Assembly: GCA_944389385.1 (NCBI GenBank)
Contig: CALXMC010000001.1
Location: forward strand, 189,303 to 253,302
DNA: 64,000 nucleotides
Direction of reading: 5' to 3'
DNA from: an uncultured Alphaproteobacteria bacterium
GTDB taxonomy: Bacteria > Pseudomonadota > Alphaproteobacteria > Rs-D84
The translations under genes were made by a program, and so were the position numbers. Below the pieces are notes generated by a model. The model saw only the letters and a program-made list of their open reading frames with translations. It searched no databases and was not told where the DNA came from. Every line of letters begins with the position of its first letter. Within the stretch, counting starts at the first letter, position 1. Below, piece after piece: positions 41,022 through 50,496 of the stretch.

Positions 41022-41078
41022 TCGCATTATGGTGCGCCCATCGGGGCGCATCATGATATTTTTACGGGGGAAATACAA

Positions 41079-41375
41079 ATGGATATGGAATCTTTGATGG
41101 CCCAGGCCAGCGCACTGCAAGACAAAGTAACCGCAGCCCAGGAAAAATTGGCAACAATGCATGTCAAGGGCATTGCGGGCAATGGCGCGGTTGTTATCGA
41201 TATGTCGGGCAAATACGATATGAATTCGATACAAATCAGCGATGAATTGGCGTCGCGCGGTGGTGCGGCTGTGGCGGAAATGGTGGGTTTGGCGTATAAT
41301 GACGCCAAATCCAAAGCGGACGAGTTAATCGACCGTGTAATGGGTGAAGCCACCGCTGGTGTTCCGATGCCGTAA
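41079..41375 (+). CDS. ybaB: Nucleoid-associated protein YbaB/EbfC
   Basis: 98 aa: MDMESLMAQASALQDKVTAAQEKLATMHVKGIAGNGAVVIDMSG… matches the YbaB family layout. Confidence 0.8.
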   Translation: MDMESLMAQASALQDKVTAAQEKLATMHVKGIAGNGAVVIDMSGKYDMNSIQISDELASRGGAAVAEMVGLAYNDAKSKADELIDRVMGEATAGVPMP

Positions 41376-41426
41376 TAAAAAACTGGACAAGTGGTAAAAA
41401 ATCATTTAAGATTCAGCCACTGTTTC

Positions 41427-41503
41427 GGATGTTTAGCTCAGTTGATTAGAGCATCTCGTTTACACCGAGAGGGTCGGGGGTTTGAGTCCCTCAACATCCA
41501 CCA
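41427..41503 (+). tRNA. tRNA-Val (anticodon UAC)
   Basis: GGATGTT-TA-GCTCAGTTGATTAGAGC-A-TCTCG TTTACAC CGAGA-GGGTC-GGGGGTTTGAGTCCCTC-AACATCC-A-CCA. Confidence 0.85.
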
Positions 41504-41510
41504 CAAAATA

Positions 41511-41538
41511 CAATCGCCCAACGGGCGATTTTATTTTG
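41511..41538 (+). terminator. Intrinsic terminator after tRNA-Val(UAC)
   Basis: AATCGCCCAACGGGCGATTTTATTTTG (same stem as the terminator after rpsO at 63958). Confidence 0.6.
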
Positions 41539-41539
41539 T

Positions 41540-41776
41540 GCATGGGGATGTGGGACGAAAACCCCCGTCGGGGTGTTTGACAATGAGTCAGCGAGCGTTT
41601 TAATAAAACGCGAGTGCAGTACGCGCAAGCGTACGCGAACGAATGCCCCACAGCCGGCGTATCGGCGCCGTGCGAGGGAGTCCCGGGCATCCACCACAAA
41701 ATTTCGTTAGCGAACGCAGTGAGCTTAAGAAATTTTAGTGCCACACGAAGCCTTGTGCGAAGTGTGGCTTTTTTAT
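41540..41776 (+). ncRNA. Candidate small RNA or att-scar region: about 200 nt between two terminators, containing a second copy of the tRNA-Val 3' end
   Basis: CATCCACCACAAAAT (tRNA 3' end plus flank, 41495-41509) repeated at 41689-41703; region ends with hairpin GCCACACGAAGCCTTGTGCGAAGTGTGGC plus T6 (41740-41774); only short overlapping spurious ORFs. Confidence 0.3.
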
Positions 41777-41867
41777 TTCATATTCCTTGCCTTATTTTTA
41801 TTTATTGTTTATGATTGGTTTGAATTCACAGGGATGTGGGTTCGGGTCTTTCAAAACCCTTAACACG

Positions 41868-42056
41868 CGGTGCGATTTGCATCGTAATCCGTTTCGCAGA
41901 TGGTGCATTTCGCATCGTTATGCCCGACGTTTTGGTCGGGCGTCTGGTGTTATACAACAGGTTTTACCAAAAGCATCGGGATCATTCGTGTTATGATTTT
42001 GAAAACGCCCGACCGCCATTTCTGTGGCGGTTAATTTTTATAATGGGGTTAATATC
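41868..42056 (+). ncRNA. Conserved multi-hairpin leader element, copy B
   Basis: Same ordered hairpin series as 13409-13597 with identical TGGTR-TTATACAACAGGTTT-TACCA module; ends at the start codon of the glycosyltransferase gene. Confidence 0.45.
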
Positions 42057-42962
42057 ATGAAGATTTCGGTCATTATACCTGTGTATAATTGCGCGCGTTA
42101 CATTCGCCAAACATTGGATTTAATTCGGCTGCAAAATTTTGATTCACGTGAAATTGAAACGATTATTTACCTGGATGGTTGCACGGACACAACCGCCGAT
42201 GAGGTTGCAATATATGCAAAGCAATATCCAAAATTTAATCTGCGGGCGATTCGCGCGGATGTAAATATGGGGCCATCAAACGCGCGTAATGCGGCACTGG
42301 CCATCGCGCGCGGCGAATATATTCACTTTATGGATGCAGACGATGTAATAAATACTGATTTTTATAAAAGTTTATATGATGCCGCAACGCGCACTGATTC
42401 AGATGTTGCCGTGTCGTCTTTCTTTCATGAACGTTGGCCGAATGACAGTGTTATTTTCGACCAAGAAATTGTACTTGGCATGTTACAGGATAAAATGGAT
42501 GCAACACACGTGGATACAGCGGGATATTCATGGCGATATTTAATTCGACGCGCGTTTTGGGAACGTAACCATTTCGCGTTTCCAACCGATATGAAATATT
42601 GCGAAGATTTATTGTTAATGAACCGGGTTGTTTGTTATTCAAACCGCTTGGTGTTGGTTCCAGGTGCAAAATATTTGTATAAATTCAGACCGAATTCATT
42701 GCTGACCACGCACAGCACGCGAAAATTACAGAACGTATATTATAACCGTGCGCGCGCGGATGTATATGTCTTTTTGGCTCAATACGATTTAAGTCGTGGC
42801 GTTGTGACACGTGGGCGTACTTATTGGCGGTTGTTTGGCTTTATTCCCGTTGTTATTGCGCGACGCGATAAAAACCGCACAAAAACATGGTATTATTTAT
42901 TTGGCATAATTCCGTTTATGTGCGTACGCAATAAAAACATAACACGATTGTGGAAATTATGA
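42057..42962 (+). CDS. Glycosyltransferase family 2 protein
   Basis: MKISVIIPVYNCARYIRQTLDLIRLQNF… GT-A fold with DAD motif (FMDADD). Confidence 0.82.
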   Translation: MKISVIIPVYNCARYIRQTLDLIRLQNFDSREIETIIYLDGCTDTTADEVAIYAKQYPKFNLRAIRADVNMGPSNARNAALAIARGEYIHFMDADDVINTDFYKSLYDAATRTDSDVAVSSFFHERWPNDSVIFDQEIVLGMLQDKMDATHVDTAGYSWRYLIRRAFWERNHFAFPTDMKYCEDLLLMNRVVCYSNRLVLVPGAKYLYKFRPNSLLTTHSTRKLQNVYYNRARADVYVFLAQYDLSRGVVTRGRTYWRLFGFIPVVIARRDKNRTKTWYYLFGIIPFMCVRNKNITRLWKL

Positions 42963-43047
42963 TTTACCACATCAAGAAACGAATAAATTGCGCCGTCGAT
43001 AAAAATTTTATATAATTTCCACTTGGAAATCACACAAAGGGGAAAAT

Positions 43048-43695
43048 ATGAAAAAAATATCGGTTTTAATTGCGTCAATGTCTGTATTGGCGGCGTGTAC
43101 AACAATAAATCCATACACGGGTCAATCCCAAACTTCAAAGGCCGTTTGGGGCACTGCGATTGGTGCGGCGACCGGCGCGGCAACGGGTGCATTGGTGTCA
43201 AATAACCATGGTGCGGGCGCACTGGTTGGCGGCCTGGCGGGTGCGGCTGTTGGTGGCGGTGTTGGATACTATATGGATACGCAAGAGGCTGAATTGCGCG
43301 CTGAATTGGCGTCAACCGGTGTCAGTGTTATTCGTGATGGTGACAATATTCGTTTGGTTATGCCGGGAAATATTACTTTCAAAACAGATTCTGCGGATAT
43401 AAATGCAGGCTTTTATTCGACGTTAAATTCTGTGGCCAAAGTATTAAACAAATACGATAATTCCACGGTTATGGTTATGGGATTTACCGACAGTACTGGT
43501 GCAGACGCACATAATCAAATGCTGTCTCAAAGTCGTGCGAATGCGGTTGCTGCGTACTTGCAGGGCCAAGGCGTCAAATCGACACGATTTGAAATTTTGG
43601 CAATGGGCGCATCAAACCCAATTGCGGATAATTCAACCGCCACCGGTCGCCAACAAAACCGTCGTGTGGAAATCAAGATTATTCCAAACAAATAA
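43048..43695 (+). CDS. OmpA-family lipoprotein with glycine-zipper region
   Basis: Lipobox LAAC; Gly/Ala-rich glycine-zipper (GAATGAATGALV…GGLAGAAVGGGVGY); C-terminal OmpA domain (…GFTDSTGADAHNQMLSQSRANAV…NRRVEI). Confidence 0.82.
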   Translation: MKKISVLIASMSVLAACTTINPYTGQSQTSKAVWGTAIGAATGAATGALVSNNHGAGALVGGLAGAAVGGGVGYYMDTQEAELRAELASTGVSVIRDGDNIRLVMPGNITFKTDSADINAGFYSTLNSVAKVLNKYDNSTVMVMGFTDSTGADAHNQMLSQSRANAVAAYLQGQGVKSTRFEILAMGASNPIADNSTATGRQQNRRVEIKIIPNK

Positions 43696-43697
43696 AA

Positions 43698-43727
43698 TAA
43701 AACCCGCATCGCGGGTTTTATTTTTTG
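43698..43727. terminator. Bidirectional intrinsic terminator
   Basis: AAAACCCGCATCGCGGGTTTTATTTTTT between the OmpA-like gene and rlmN. Confidence 0.7.
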
Positions 43728-44815
43728 TTATTCAAACGTAATTGGCCACATGCGCTGCCTATATCATTGCCGCGTTCGCGCCGTATGCGTGTGTGGATTC
43801 CGTTTTTGATTAAAATATCTTGGAAACGATGAACTGCGTTGCCCGATGGTGATACAAAATCGCGTTCATCAACCGCATTCCACGGGATTAAATTCACCAT
43901 ACAGTTTTTGCCGCGCAACAAATCCGATAACTTTTCGGCATATTCAGGCGTGCAATTTAATAAAACAGGTTCGCCATTTTCGCCGCGCACCGCCAACAGT
44001 ATATATTCAATCATCAGTTGCCTATTATGCAGGCCTGAAAATTCAAACGCCGCATCCAACACCGCGCTCAGATGATATTTATTGTTAATCGGCATAATTT
44101 GACTGCGTAATTCGTCGGTTGGTGCATGCAGTGAAATCGCCAAGTTTATCGGCCGTCCCCATTCGGTCAGCGCGCGAATTCCCGGCACAATTCCGCATGT
44201 TGAAACAGTTATTTTTCGCCAACCGATTCCCATATCTGAATTGGCGCGTTCAATAAATCCGATAACATTTTCAACGTTTTGCAGTGGTTCGCCCGTGCCC
44301 ATAACGACTATGTGGGACACGTCGCCATTATTTGCATCGCCGTTTGGACGAATGGGGCGGGGTGACGTGTGGTCGTTGCGCAGTTCCCACTGGGCGACCA
44401 AAATTTGAGAATAAATTTCATTTACTGTTAAATTGCGCTTTAATCCCAATAACGTACTGGCGCAGAATTTACACCCCATGGCGCATCCAGCCTGGGAACT
44501 GACGCATACACTGTTTCCATAACTTGTGCGCATCAACACGCATTCGATTTGCTCGCCGTCCCCCAATTCCAATAAAAATTTAGTCGTCTGGCCATCGGAC
44601 GATTCCAGTTTTTTTACCACCCGAACAGGCAAAGTCTGGGCAGTCGCGTCCAAATCATGGCGCAACATGTCCGGCAAATTTTTCATAGATAAAAAATCAG
44701 GCGCACCACGATTTAACCAATCGCGAATTTGCTTTGCGCGAAATCGTGGCTGGCCCATTTGGGTAACATATTCGACCAATTCGGCATCTGTAAAATTAAA
44801 TAAAATCGGTTTCAT
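43718..44815 (-). CDS. rlmN: 23S rRNA/tRNA A2503/A37 C2-methyltransferase RlmN (radical SAM)
   Basis: CVSSQAGCAMGCKFCAST radical-SAM CxxxCxxC; 365 aa. Confidence 0.9.
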   Translation of the reverse strand: MKPILFNFTDAELVEYVTQMGQPRFRAKQIRDWLNRGAPDFLSMKNLPDMLRHDLDATAQTLPVRVVKKLESSDGQTTKFLLELGDGEQIECVLMRTSYGNSVCVSSQAGCAMGCKFCASTLLGLKRNLTVNEIYSQILVAQWELRNDHTSPRPIRPNGDANNGDVSHIVVMGTGEPLQNVENVIGFIERANSDMGIGWRKITVSTCGIVPGIRALTEWGRPINLAISLHAPTDELRSQIMPINNKYHLSAVLDAAFEFSGLHNRQLMIEYILLAVRGENGEPVLLNCTPEYAEKLSDLLRGKNCMVNLIPWNAVDERDFVSPSGNAVHRFQDILIKNGIHTRIRRERGNDIGSACGQLRLNNKK

Positions 44816-45633
44816 AATTCGTATCTGTCATCGTTGATAACAACAACGGCTTTGCGGCGCAGTTGTTTTAATTGTTGGTCTGCTATGAACATAGCCTGTT
44901 TGAATTTTGCGTTTTGTTCAATCGCGTCATCCAGTTTTCCATACTCGTCCGTGCGGCGCGTGTCACACACAAGTAACACAGACCTGTCAACCACCGGCGA
45001 CCATGTTAATTTTGCCAATCCCACAACGCGGTCGCGAATGTCCGCCGCCAGTTCGTACTGCACCGCCGTGAATTTTTGCGGTGCGCCACCCAAATCGCGC
45101 GCCATTTGCATCGCGTCATCGCATGATTTTGGCTTGGTTAATTTTGCGGCCACATCCGCGGGAATATCAACCAGACGCACGATTGTCATTTCGATTGGTA
45201 ACCCTTGTTCGCGTGCGATTTCGTTACGCATATTGGCAATATCAGAATCTGTTATTTCGACGGTTGGCAATACGGTGCGTGCGACAACAATTTGCCACGC
45301 GATTTCAGCCCGCAGTGCCGATTCTGCCATTGCGCGTTCGGTTGCCGACAATTCGCCCAGGTTCATTTTTTTTAATTCTGCATTCACGGTTTCGTCATCG
45401 GGCACCGCGCCAAAATTTTGTGCGTATGCAATTTTAACACTGTCGTCGATTATATTTTGCAACGCAATGCGGCGATTATTTGTTGATGTTTGACCTTGCT
45501 TATTCATCAGTGATACGCGCGCGGTTACATCTGCATCGGTAATGGGCGCACCATTAACAGATGCCACAACGGATGCGGCATACCCAGGCATACAAAATAT
45601 TATCCCCAACAATCCAACAAATAATTTTTTCAT
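44812..45633 (-). CDS. SurA N-terminal-domain periplasmic chaperone-like protein
   Basis: Signal peptide MKKLFVGLLGIIFCMPGYA; chaperone-like domain; sits downstream of lptD as surA does in many Proteobacteria; no clear PPIase domain. Confidence 0.6.
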   Translation of the reverse strand: MKKLFVGLLGIIFCMPGYAASVVASVNGAPITDADVTARVSLMNKQGQTSTNNRRIALQNIIDDSVKIAYAQNFGAVPDDETVNAELKKMNLGELSATERAMAESALRAEIAWQIVVARTVLPTVEITDSDIANMRNEIAREQGLPIEMTIVRLVDIPADVAAKLTKPKSCDDAMQMARDLGGAPQKFTAVQYELAADIRDRVVGLAKLTWSPVVDRSVLLVCDTRRTDEYGKLDDAIEQNAKFKQAMFIADQQLKQLRRKAVVVINDDRYEL

Positions 45634-45652
45634 ACAAAATCCTTTCCTTTTT

Positions 45653-47674
45653 TTAATATTGTTGGCCATCGATACTCATGCCGAATCTGAATTGGAACGA
45701 CGTCGTACCAACATAGTCATACTTTACAGCATTATCACGACGATATTCCAGTGACAAATAATAACAAGGATGGGTGTAAAACACGCCGCCTGCATGCCGT
45801 TGGAATTGTCCGTCTGTTATATTGTATATCGCATTAAATCGCAACGACCACCGGTCTGTCAATTGGACGCCAATCCCCGCCATCAGTTCATTTATATCGT
45901 CGTCCATGGTTTGTGCATCTATGAATTGCTGCGACCAGATGTGACCGATGTTGATAAAGTTTTTAGACGTTCCGATAATTGCGGATGTTTCCACGTGACG
46001 CGGCGCAAGGTTATCGCGTGACAATCTGAAACGAGTGGCAAAATCAATCCATTTTGAATTATCGTATTCTATACGTCCCACAAAGTCAGACGTTCCATTG
46101 TAAAATCCGCTGTTTGGATCGGTGTCGGCGCGTTCGGCAAAATCGTACGTTTGTCCCAAAAATACCTCTATCATGTGGCCTGATTGGTTAAACGCAGAAT
46201 ACCGCACGCCATAATCAGCGTATGTGCCATTTTCCCACAAATCCAACCCAGCAAATCGGTTGTCTGAAAACAGTGTCGCATCAGATAAAAATGTACCCGC
46301 AGAATCATTGTTCAATGTAAATTGTTCTTCGCCGGTACGCCGCATGACTGTCACCCGTGCACGTGGTTCAATAACGTGCGTCCAATTATCAGATGGGCGG
46401 AACAATGGCAATCCCCATTCAACATATCCACTGGGTAAAAAGCGGTCTTTTAATCCAGAAAATTCATTTGTATTTACCAATTGTGATTTATAAAAATTAT
46501 AAACATCATAACGTGCAGATACACTGGCTGTAATTCTGTTTCCGCCCCACAAAGTCCATGGCGATACAACACGCACATCCCCGACCAATCGTTGTGACGA
46601 TGTTCCATCGCCTGATACGCCCAAAACGTCTGCATTTAATTTCAAATAAGTTTCTTTGAATAAAGGCGCAGTCTGATATGTGGCGCGTACGTTTGGTAAA
46701 ATATTACCTGATGGTACGGAATACATACCGGTTGATGCGCGTAATTCTTGGAATATATGTGCGTCTGCAACCACATATCCAGATTCACCAAACAACTCGA
46801 TTTGGGCGCCTGAATCCAAATAAGGTTGGTCGTCATAAAATCCATATTTTTGCAGGAATGTTTTATCTGATGCGCGTTCCAAAAACACAGTCGCGCGTGC
46901 ATAGTTTCCCAATTCAATAACATCGTTGTTAAAAATATACCAACGATCTTCGCCATCACGATTATGGGTATACGCACCAGTTGTACGATATTGCGAATGA
47001 TTCAAATTTAACCTGTGTTCGATTTGAAACAACGGATTTTCTTCCGTCATAATCGATGTAGTAAATGTTAAATCATGCGTATCGGAAAAATTTATATACA
47101 GTGGTATGTTTATCTGGGTTCCCATATTATTTGTGGAACCAAAATCAGGCGTTAAAAACCCGCTTTTATATTTAACACCAGGGTCAGGCATCTCGAAAAA
47201 CGGCAACCAAAACACAGGAATGTCGTATGCGCGTAACACAGGACTGAAAAACCGCAACATGCGACTTTCCATATCGTGTGTTATTCTTTTTGTGGTAATT
47301 GTCCATGCGTCGCCATACGCATCACAGTTATCGCATGCGGTAAATGTCGCATCGTATGCGATTGTATCATCGCCATCGCGTATGATATTATCGGATTCTA
47401 CATACACATGGTCGCCCAGCCACAATTTTATGTCATTTCCAGACAGATTTTCCCCATTTTTCGATAAATAAGAATCGGTTAACGTAATACGTTGTCCCGA
47501 TTCATTTACGATTTCAGTATTCCCAGATGTTTTTATTGTTTTGGATTCTACATCATATTCGATTTTATCTGCGGTAATAGTTTTGGGTGTATCCGTATCC
47601 ACCGATAACGCGTATCCAGAAATCGGTATAAATAACAGCGGTAAAAATGGTACGAATTTTCTCATTTTTTGCAC
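45653..47674 (-). CDS. lptD: LPS-assembly protein LptD (OstA/Imp)
   Basis: 673 aa, signal peptide, N-terminal OstA-like domain and large C-terminal beta-barrel. Confidence 0.85.
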   Translation of the reverse strand: MQKMRKFVPFLPLLFIPISGYALSVDTDTPKTITADKIEYDVESKTIKTSGNTEIVNESGQRITLTDSYLSKNGENLSGNDIKLWLGDHVYVESDNIIRDGDDTIAYDATFTACDNCDAYGDAWTITTKRITHDMESRMLRFFSPVLRAYDIPVFWLPFFEMPDPGVKYKSGFLTPDFGSTNNMGTQINIPLYINFSDTHDLTFTTSIMTEENPLFQIEHRLNLNHSQYRTTGAYTHNRDGEDRWYIFNNDVIELGNYARATVFLERASDKTFLQKYGFYDDQPYLDSGAQIELFGESGYVVADAHIFQELRASTGMYSVPSGNILPNVRATYQTAPLFKETYLKLNADVLGVSGDGTSSQRLVGDVRVVSPWTLWGGNRITASVSARYDVYNFYKSQLVNTNEFSGLKDRFLPSGYVEWGLPLFRPSDNWTHVIEPRARVTVMRRTGEEQFTLNNDSAGTFLSDATLFSDNRFAGLDLWENGTYADYGVRYSAFNQSGHMIEVFLGQTYDFAERADTDPNSGFYNGTSDFVGRIEYDNSKWIDFATRFRLSRDNLAPRHVETSAIIGTSKNFINIGHIWSQQFIDAQTMDDDINELMAGIGVQLTDRWSLRFNAIYNITDGQFQRHAGGVFYTHPCYYLSLEYRRDNAVKYDYVGTTSFQFRFGMSIDGQQY

Positions 47675-48720
47675 AGCATAAACAATAATACACCGAATAC
47701 AGCAAATACGCCAGATGTCAATATTGCAAATTCAGACACACTGCCAATCATATTTGATAAAGACATGTACAGCGACATAACAACCGCCATTGCGGCGACT
47801 GCGGCAGCCGGTGCGAAACTGGCGCGACGACGCAACAAAGATGTTTTTAATAAAATCAACGTGCATAACATTGCCAATATCATATTCATCATTGGCCCCA
47901 GAAATCGACTGCTTAATTCAGCCAACACCATTTTATGTTGTTTTTCGGTTGGCGAATTCAAAATATATTCTATTAAATCATCGGTTGGCACGCGACGCAC
48001 CCGGAAAGACGTTTCGCCTTCTTTATCTGCGACATTCAAATCCATATCGAAACTGTCAAATGTGCCCGTTGTCAGTGTATCACCCGCCGCCTGCAAAGAA
48101 CCGTTTGTCATAACGATGGATAACCCGCGCGCTGTGGATACCAATTTACCCTTTTCTGCGAATATAGTAATTGGTGCATCTTCATCACGCATATCAGACA
48201 ACATAACTTGACTTAAATCATGACCAGACACTTTGTCGACATAGACAACCAATCCATCAGTTATTTGCGTAAAAGCAGACTCCTGCAATTTCATGTGCGC
48301 CAAACCATACCGCAAATTCCATTGGGTTGAATAAAATACAGCCTGGGTTTGCGGCACAATCCATAAATTCAGCACCAAATGAAGCACGGTTAACACCGCG
48401 GCCAACATTATCGCCGGCCGTGCAATTTGTCGTGGTGATAATCCTGTTGCCGCCATAACAGTGATTTCATTGTCAGAAATCAGTTTATTATAAACGAAAA
48501 TAATTGCGATAAATGTAACGAATGGCACGATTATCGACATGATGAACGGAATCATCAGTACGGTTAACCCCAAAAAACTGGATAATTCCACGCCATAGTT
48601 CAACAAGAATTTCATCATGGACATAATTTGCATCATCCATGCCAATCCCGTCAGAACCAACAACAGCATGACAAAAATCGCGACCAGTTGACGCGTAAAA
48701 TATCTGTTCAGTAATTTCAT
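47662..48720 (-). CDS. LPS export permease, LptF/LptG (YjgP/YjgQ) family
   Basis: About 352 aa, 6 predicted TM with central periplasmic domain; start at MKLLNRYFTRQLV; only one such gene is present here. Confidence 0.78.
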   Translation of the reverse strand: MKLLNRYFTRQLVAIFVMLLLVLTGLAWMMQIMSMMKFLLNYGVELSSFLGLTVLMIPFIMSIIVPFVTFIAIIFVYNKLISDNEITVMAATGLSPRQIARPAIMLAAVLTVLHLVLNLWIVPQTQAVFYSTQWNLRYGLAHMKLQESAFTQITDGLVVYVDKVSGHDLSQVMLSDMRDEDAPITIFAEKGKLVSTARGLSIVMTNGSLQAAGDTLTTGTFDSFDMDLNVADKEGETSFRVRRVPTDDLIEYILNSPTEKQHKMVLAELSSRFLGPMMNMILAMLCTLILLKTSLLRRRASFAPAAAVAAMAVVMSLYMSLSNMIGSVSEFAILTSGVFAVFGVLLFMLCKK

Positions 48721-48860
48721 ATTTCGCAGTATAAAGCCCAAAACCCACACCGTCAAATTATATTTATGAAAAAATCCCATGCAAAATCCGAAAATTTTCA
48801 GATTTTTCTTGCATTTATCCGATTCGGACTGAATAATACAGGTGTTCTTAAAGTTTTTTT

Positions 48861-48889
48861 AGGGGCGGGGTTGAAAAACCCCGCCCTTT
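48861..48889 (+). promoter_or_regulatory. GC-rich hairpin in nusA leader
   Basis: AGGGGCGGGG-TTGAAAAA-CCCCGCCCTTT about 45 nt upstream of the nusA start. Confidence 0.3.
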
Positions 48890-48934
48890 GAGTAAAAGCG
48901 ACATAAAAAACAAAATCAGAAGGAGAAAAACAAA

Positions 48935-50473
48935 ATGTCTTTTGTTTCTATGCCCCGCCAGGATTTGTTATTGGCCATTGACTCTTTGGCCCAAGAAAAA
49001 CAAATTGATCGCGAAATTGTTATTGAATCACTCGAGGCTGCAATCGCCAAAATCGCGAAACATAAATATGGCGAAGAATTTAATATCACGGCTGAAATTG
49101 ACCGTAAAGACGGTGCAATTCACGTAAAGCGCCTGTTTGAAGTGATTGAATCGCCTGAATCGCGCGGCGAAGAATATGATCCGAATACCATGTTGACGGT
49201 GGCCGAAGCGAAGAAATATTCTAAAAATCCCCAGGTTGGCGACACGGTCGAAGATGTATTGCCGGAACCTGAATTTGGACGCATGGCATTTCAAACTGCG
49301 CGTCAAATAATGACTGCGCGCGTTCGCGATGCTGAAAAGGGTCGTCAATACGAAGAATTCAAAGATAATATTGGCGATATCGTCAGTGGTGTTGTAAAAC
49401 GCATGGAATTTGGAAATGTATTTGTTGATATTAACGGCAAAGCCGAAGGCTATATCAAAAGCAGCGAGTTGATTCCAGGCGAACGTTTGGCGGTTGGTGA
49501 TCGTGTTCGTGCGTTAATTATGGATGTGACACGTTCAAACACAGGACCGCAAATTTTCCTGACGCGTACCCATCCAATGTTTATGGAAAAATTGTTTGTC
49601 CAAGAAGTGCCCGAAATTTACGAGGGGATTATTAAAATCAAATCAGTTGCACGTGCCCCCGGCAGTCACGCTAAAATTGCGGTTGAAACCCAAGATCCGT
49701 CCATTGACGCGGTTGGTATGACTGTTGGTATCAAGGGTACACGTATCCAGCCCGTGATTAACGAATGTCATGGTGAAAAAATCGACGTTATTTTGTATTC
49801 CGAAGATCCGGCTGTATTCATTGTAAACGCAATGCAACCGGCCAAAGTTGCAAAAATCATTGTTGATGAAGATACACGTACGGCCGCGGTTGTCGTGAAC
49901 GAAGATCAACAATCTTTGGCAATTGGTCGCCGCGGTCAAAATGTCCGTTTGGCGTCTCAATTAACGGGGTGGAATATCGATGTTATGAACGAACAAACCG
50001 AACAAGAACGTCGTGCCCGTGAAGTCAAAGAAAAAACAGAATTATTTATTTCTGCGCTGGACGTTGACGAAATGTTGGCACATCTGTTGATAACCGAAGG
50101 TTTCCGTACAATCGAAGAAATTGCCTTTGTTGACGCATCTGAATTGGAATCTATCCAGGGATTCAACGCAGAATTGGCAACTGAATTGCAAAACCGTGCC
50201 AAGGCGTATCTGCAAAAACAGCAAGAACAATATCGTGATGAAGGACACCAGATGGGTATGTCAGACGATTTGTTAAACTTTGATTTCATCAAACGTCCGA
50301 TTATAATGCAATTGGGTAATGCAGGAATCAAATCATTGTCTGATTTGGCGGATTTGTCCACGGACGAGTTAATCGAAATCCTGGGCGAAGACACAATGAG
50401 CCCACGCTTGGCCGGTCGTGTCATTATGAAGGCACGTGAACTGGCGTACGGCATAACCCAGGGTGACGAATAA
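48935..50473 (+). CDS. nusA: Transcription termination/antitermination factor NusA
   Basis: 512 aa; N-terminal, S1, KH1/KH2 domains and C-terminal acidic repeats. Confidence 0.93.
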   Translation: MSFVSMPRQDLLLAIDSLAQEKQIDREIVIESLEAAIAKIAKHKYGEEFNITAEIDRKDGAIHVKRLFEVIESPESRGEEYDPNTMLTVAEAKKYSKNPQVGDTVEDVLPEPEFGRMAFQTARQIMTARVRDAEKGRQYEEFKDNIGDIVSGVVKRMEFGNVFVDINGKAEGYIKSSELIPGERLAVGDRVRALIMDVTRSNTGPQIFLTRTHPMFMEKLFVQEVPEIYEGIIKIKSVARAPGSHAKIAVETQDPSIDAVGMTVGIKGTRIQPVINECHGEKIDVILYSEDPAVFIVNAMQPAKVAKIIVDEDTRTAAVVVNEDQQSLAIGRRGQNVRLASQLTGWNIDVMNEQTEQERRAREVKEKTELFISALDVDEMLAHLLITEGFRTIEEIAFVDASELESIQGFNAELATELQNRAKAYLQKQQEQYRDEGHQMGMSDDLLNFDFIKRPIIMQLGNAGIKSLSDLADLSTDELIEILGEDTMSPRLAGRVIMKARELAYGITQGDE

Positions 50474-50496
50474 TATTTTGAATGGAGTAAATTTAT

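Noticed and set aside
41391-41814. Overlapping ORFs on both strands downstream of tRNA-Val(UAC)
   Set aside because: The region is dominated by hairpins, terminators and a duplicated tRNA 3' end. The ORFs overlap each other and the tRNA, so it is better explained as non-coding.
48811-48840. Possible nusA promoter TTGCAT-17-AATAAT
   Set aside because: The -10 element is weak and I cannot distinguish it from chance in AT-rich sequence, so it is not listed as a feature.
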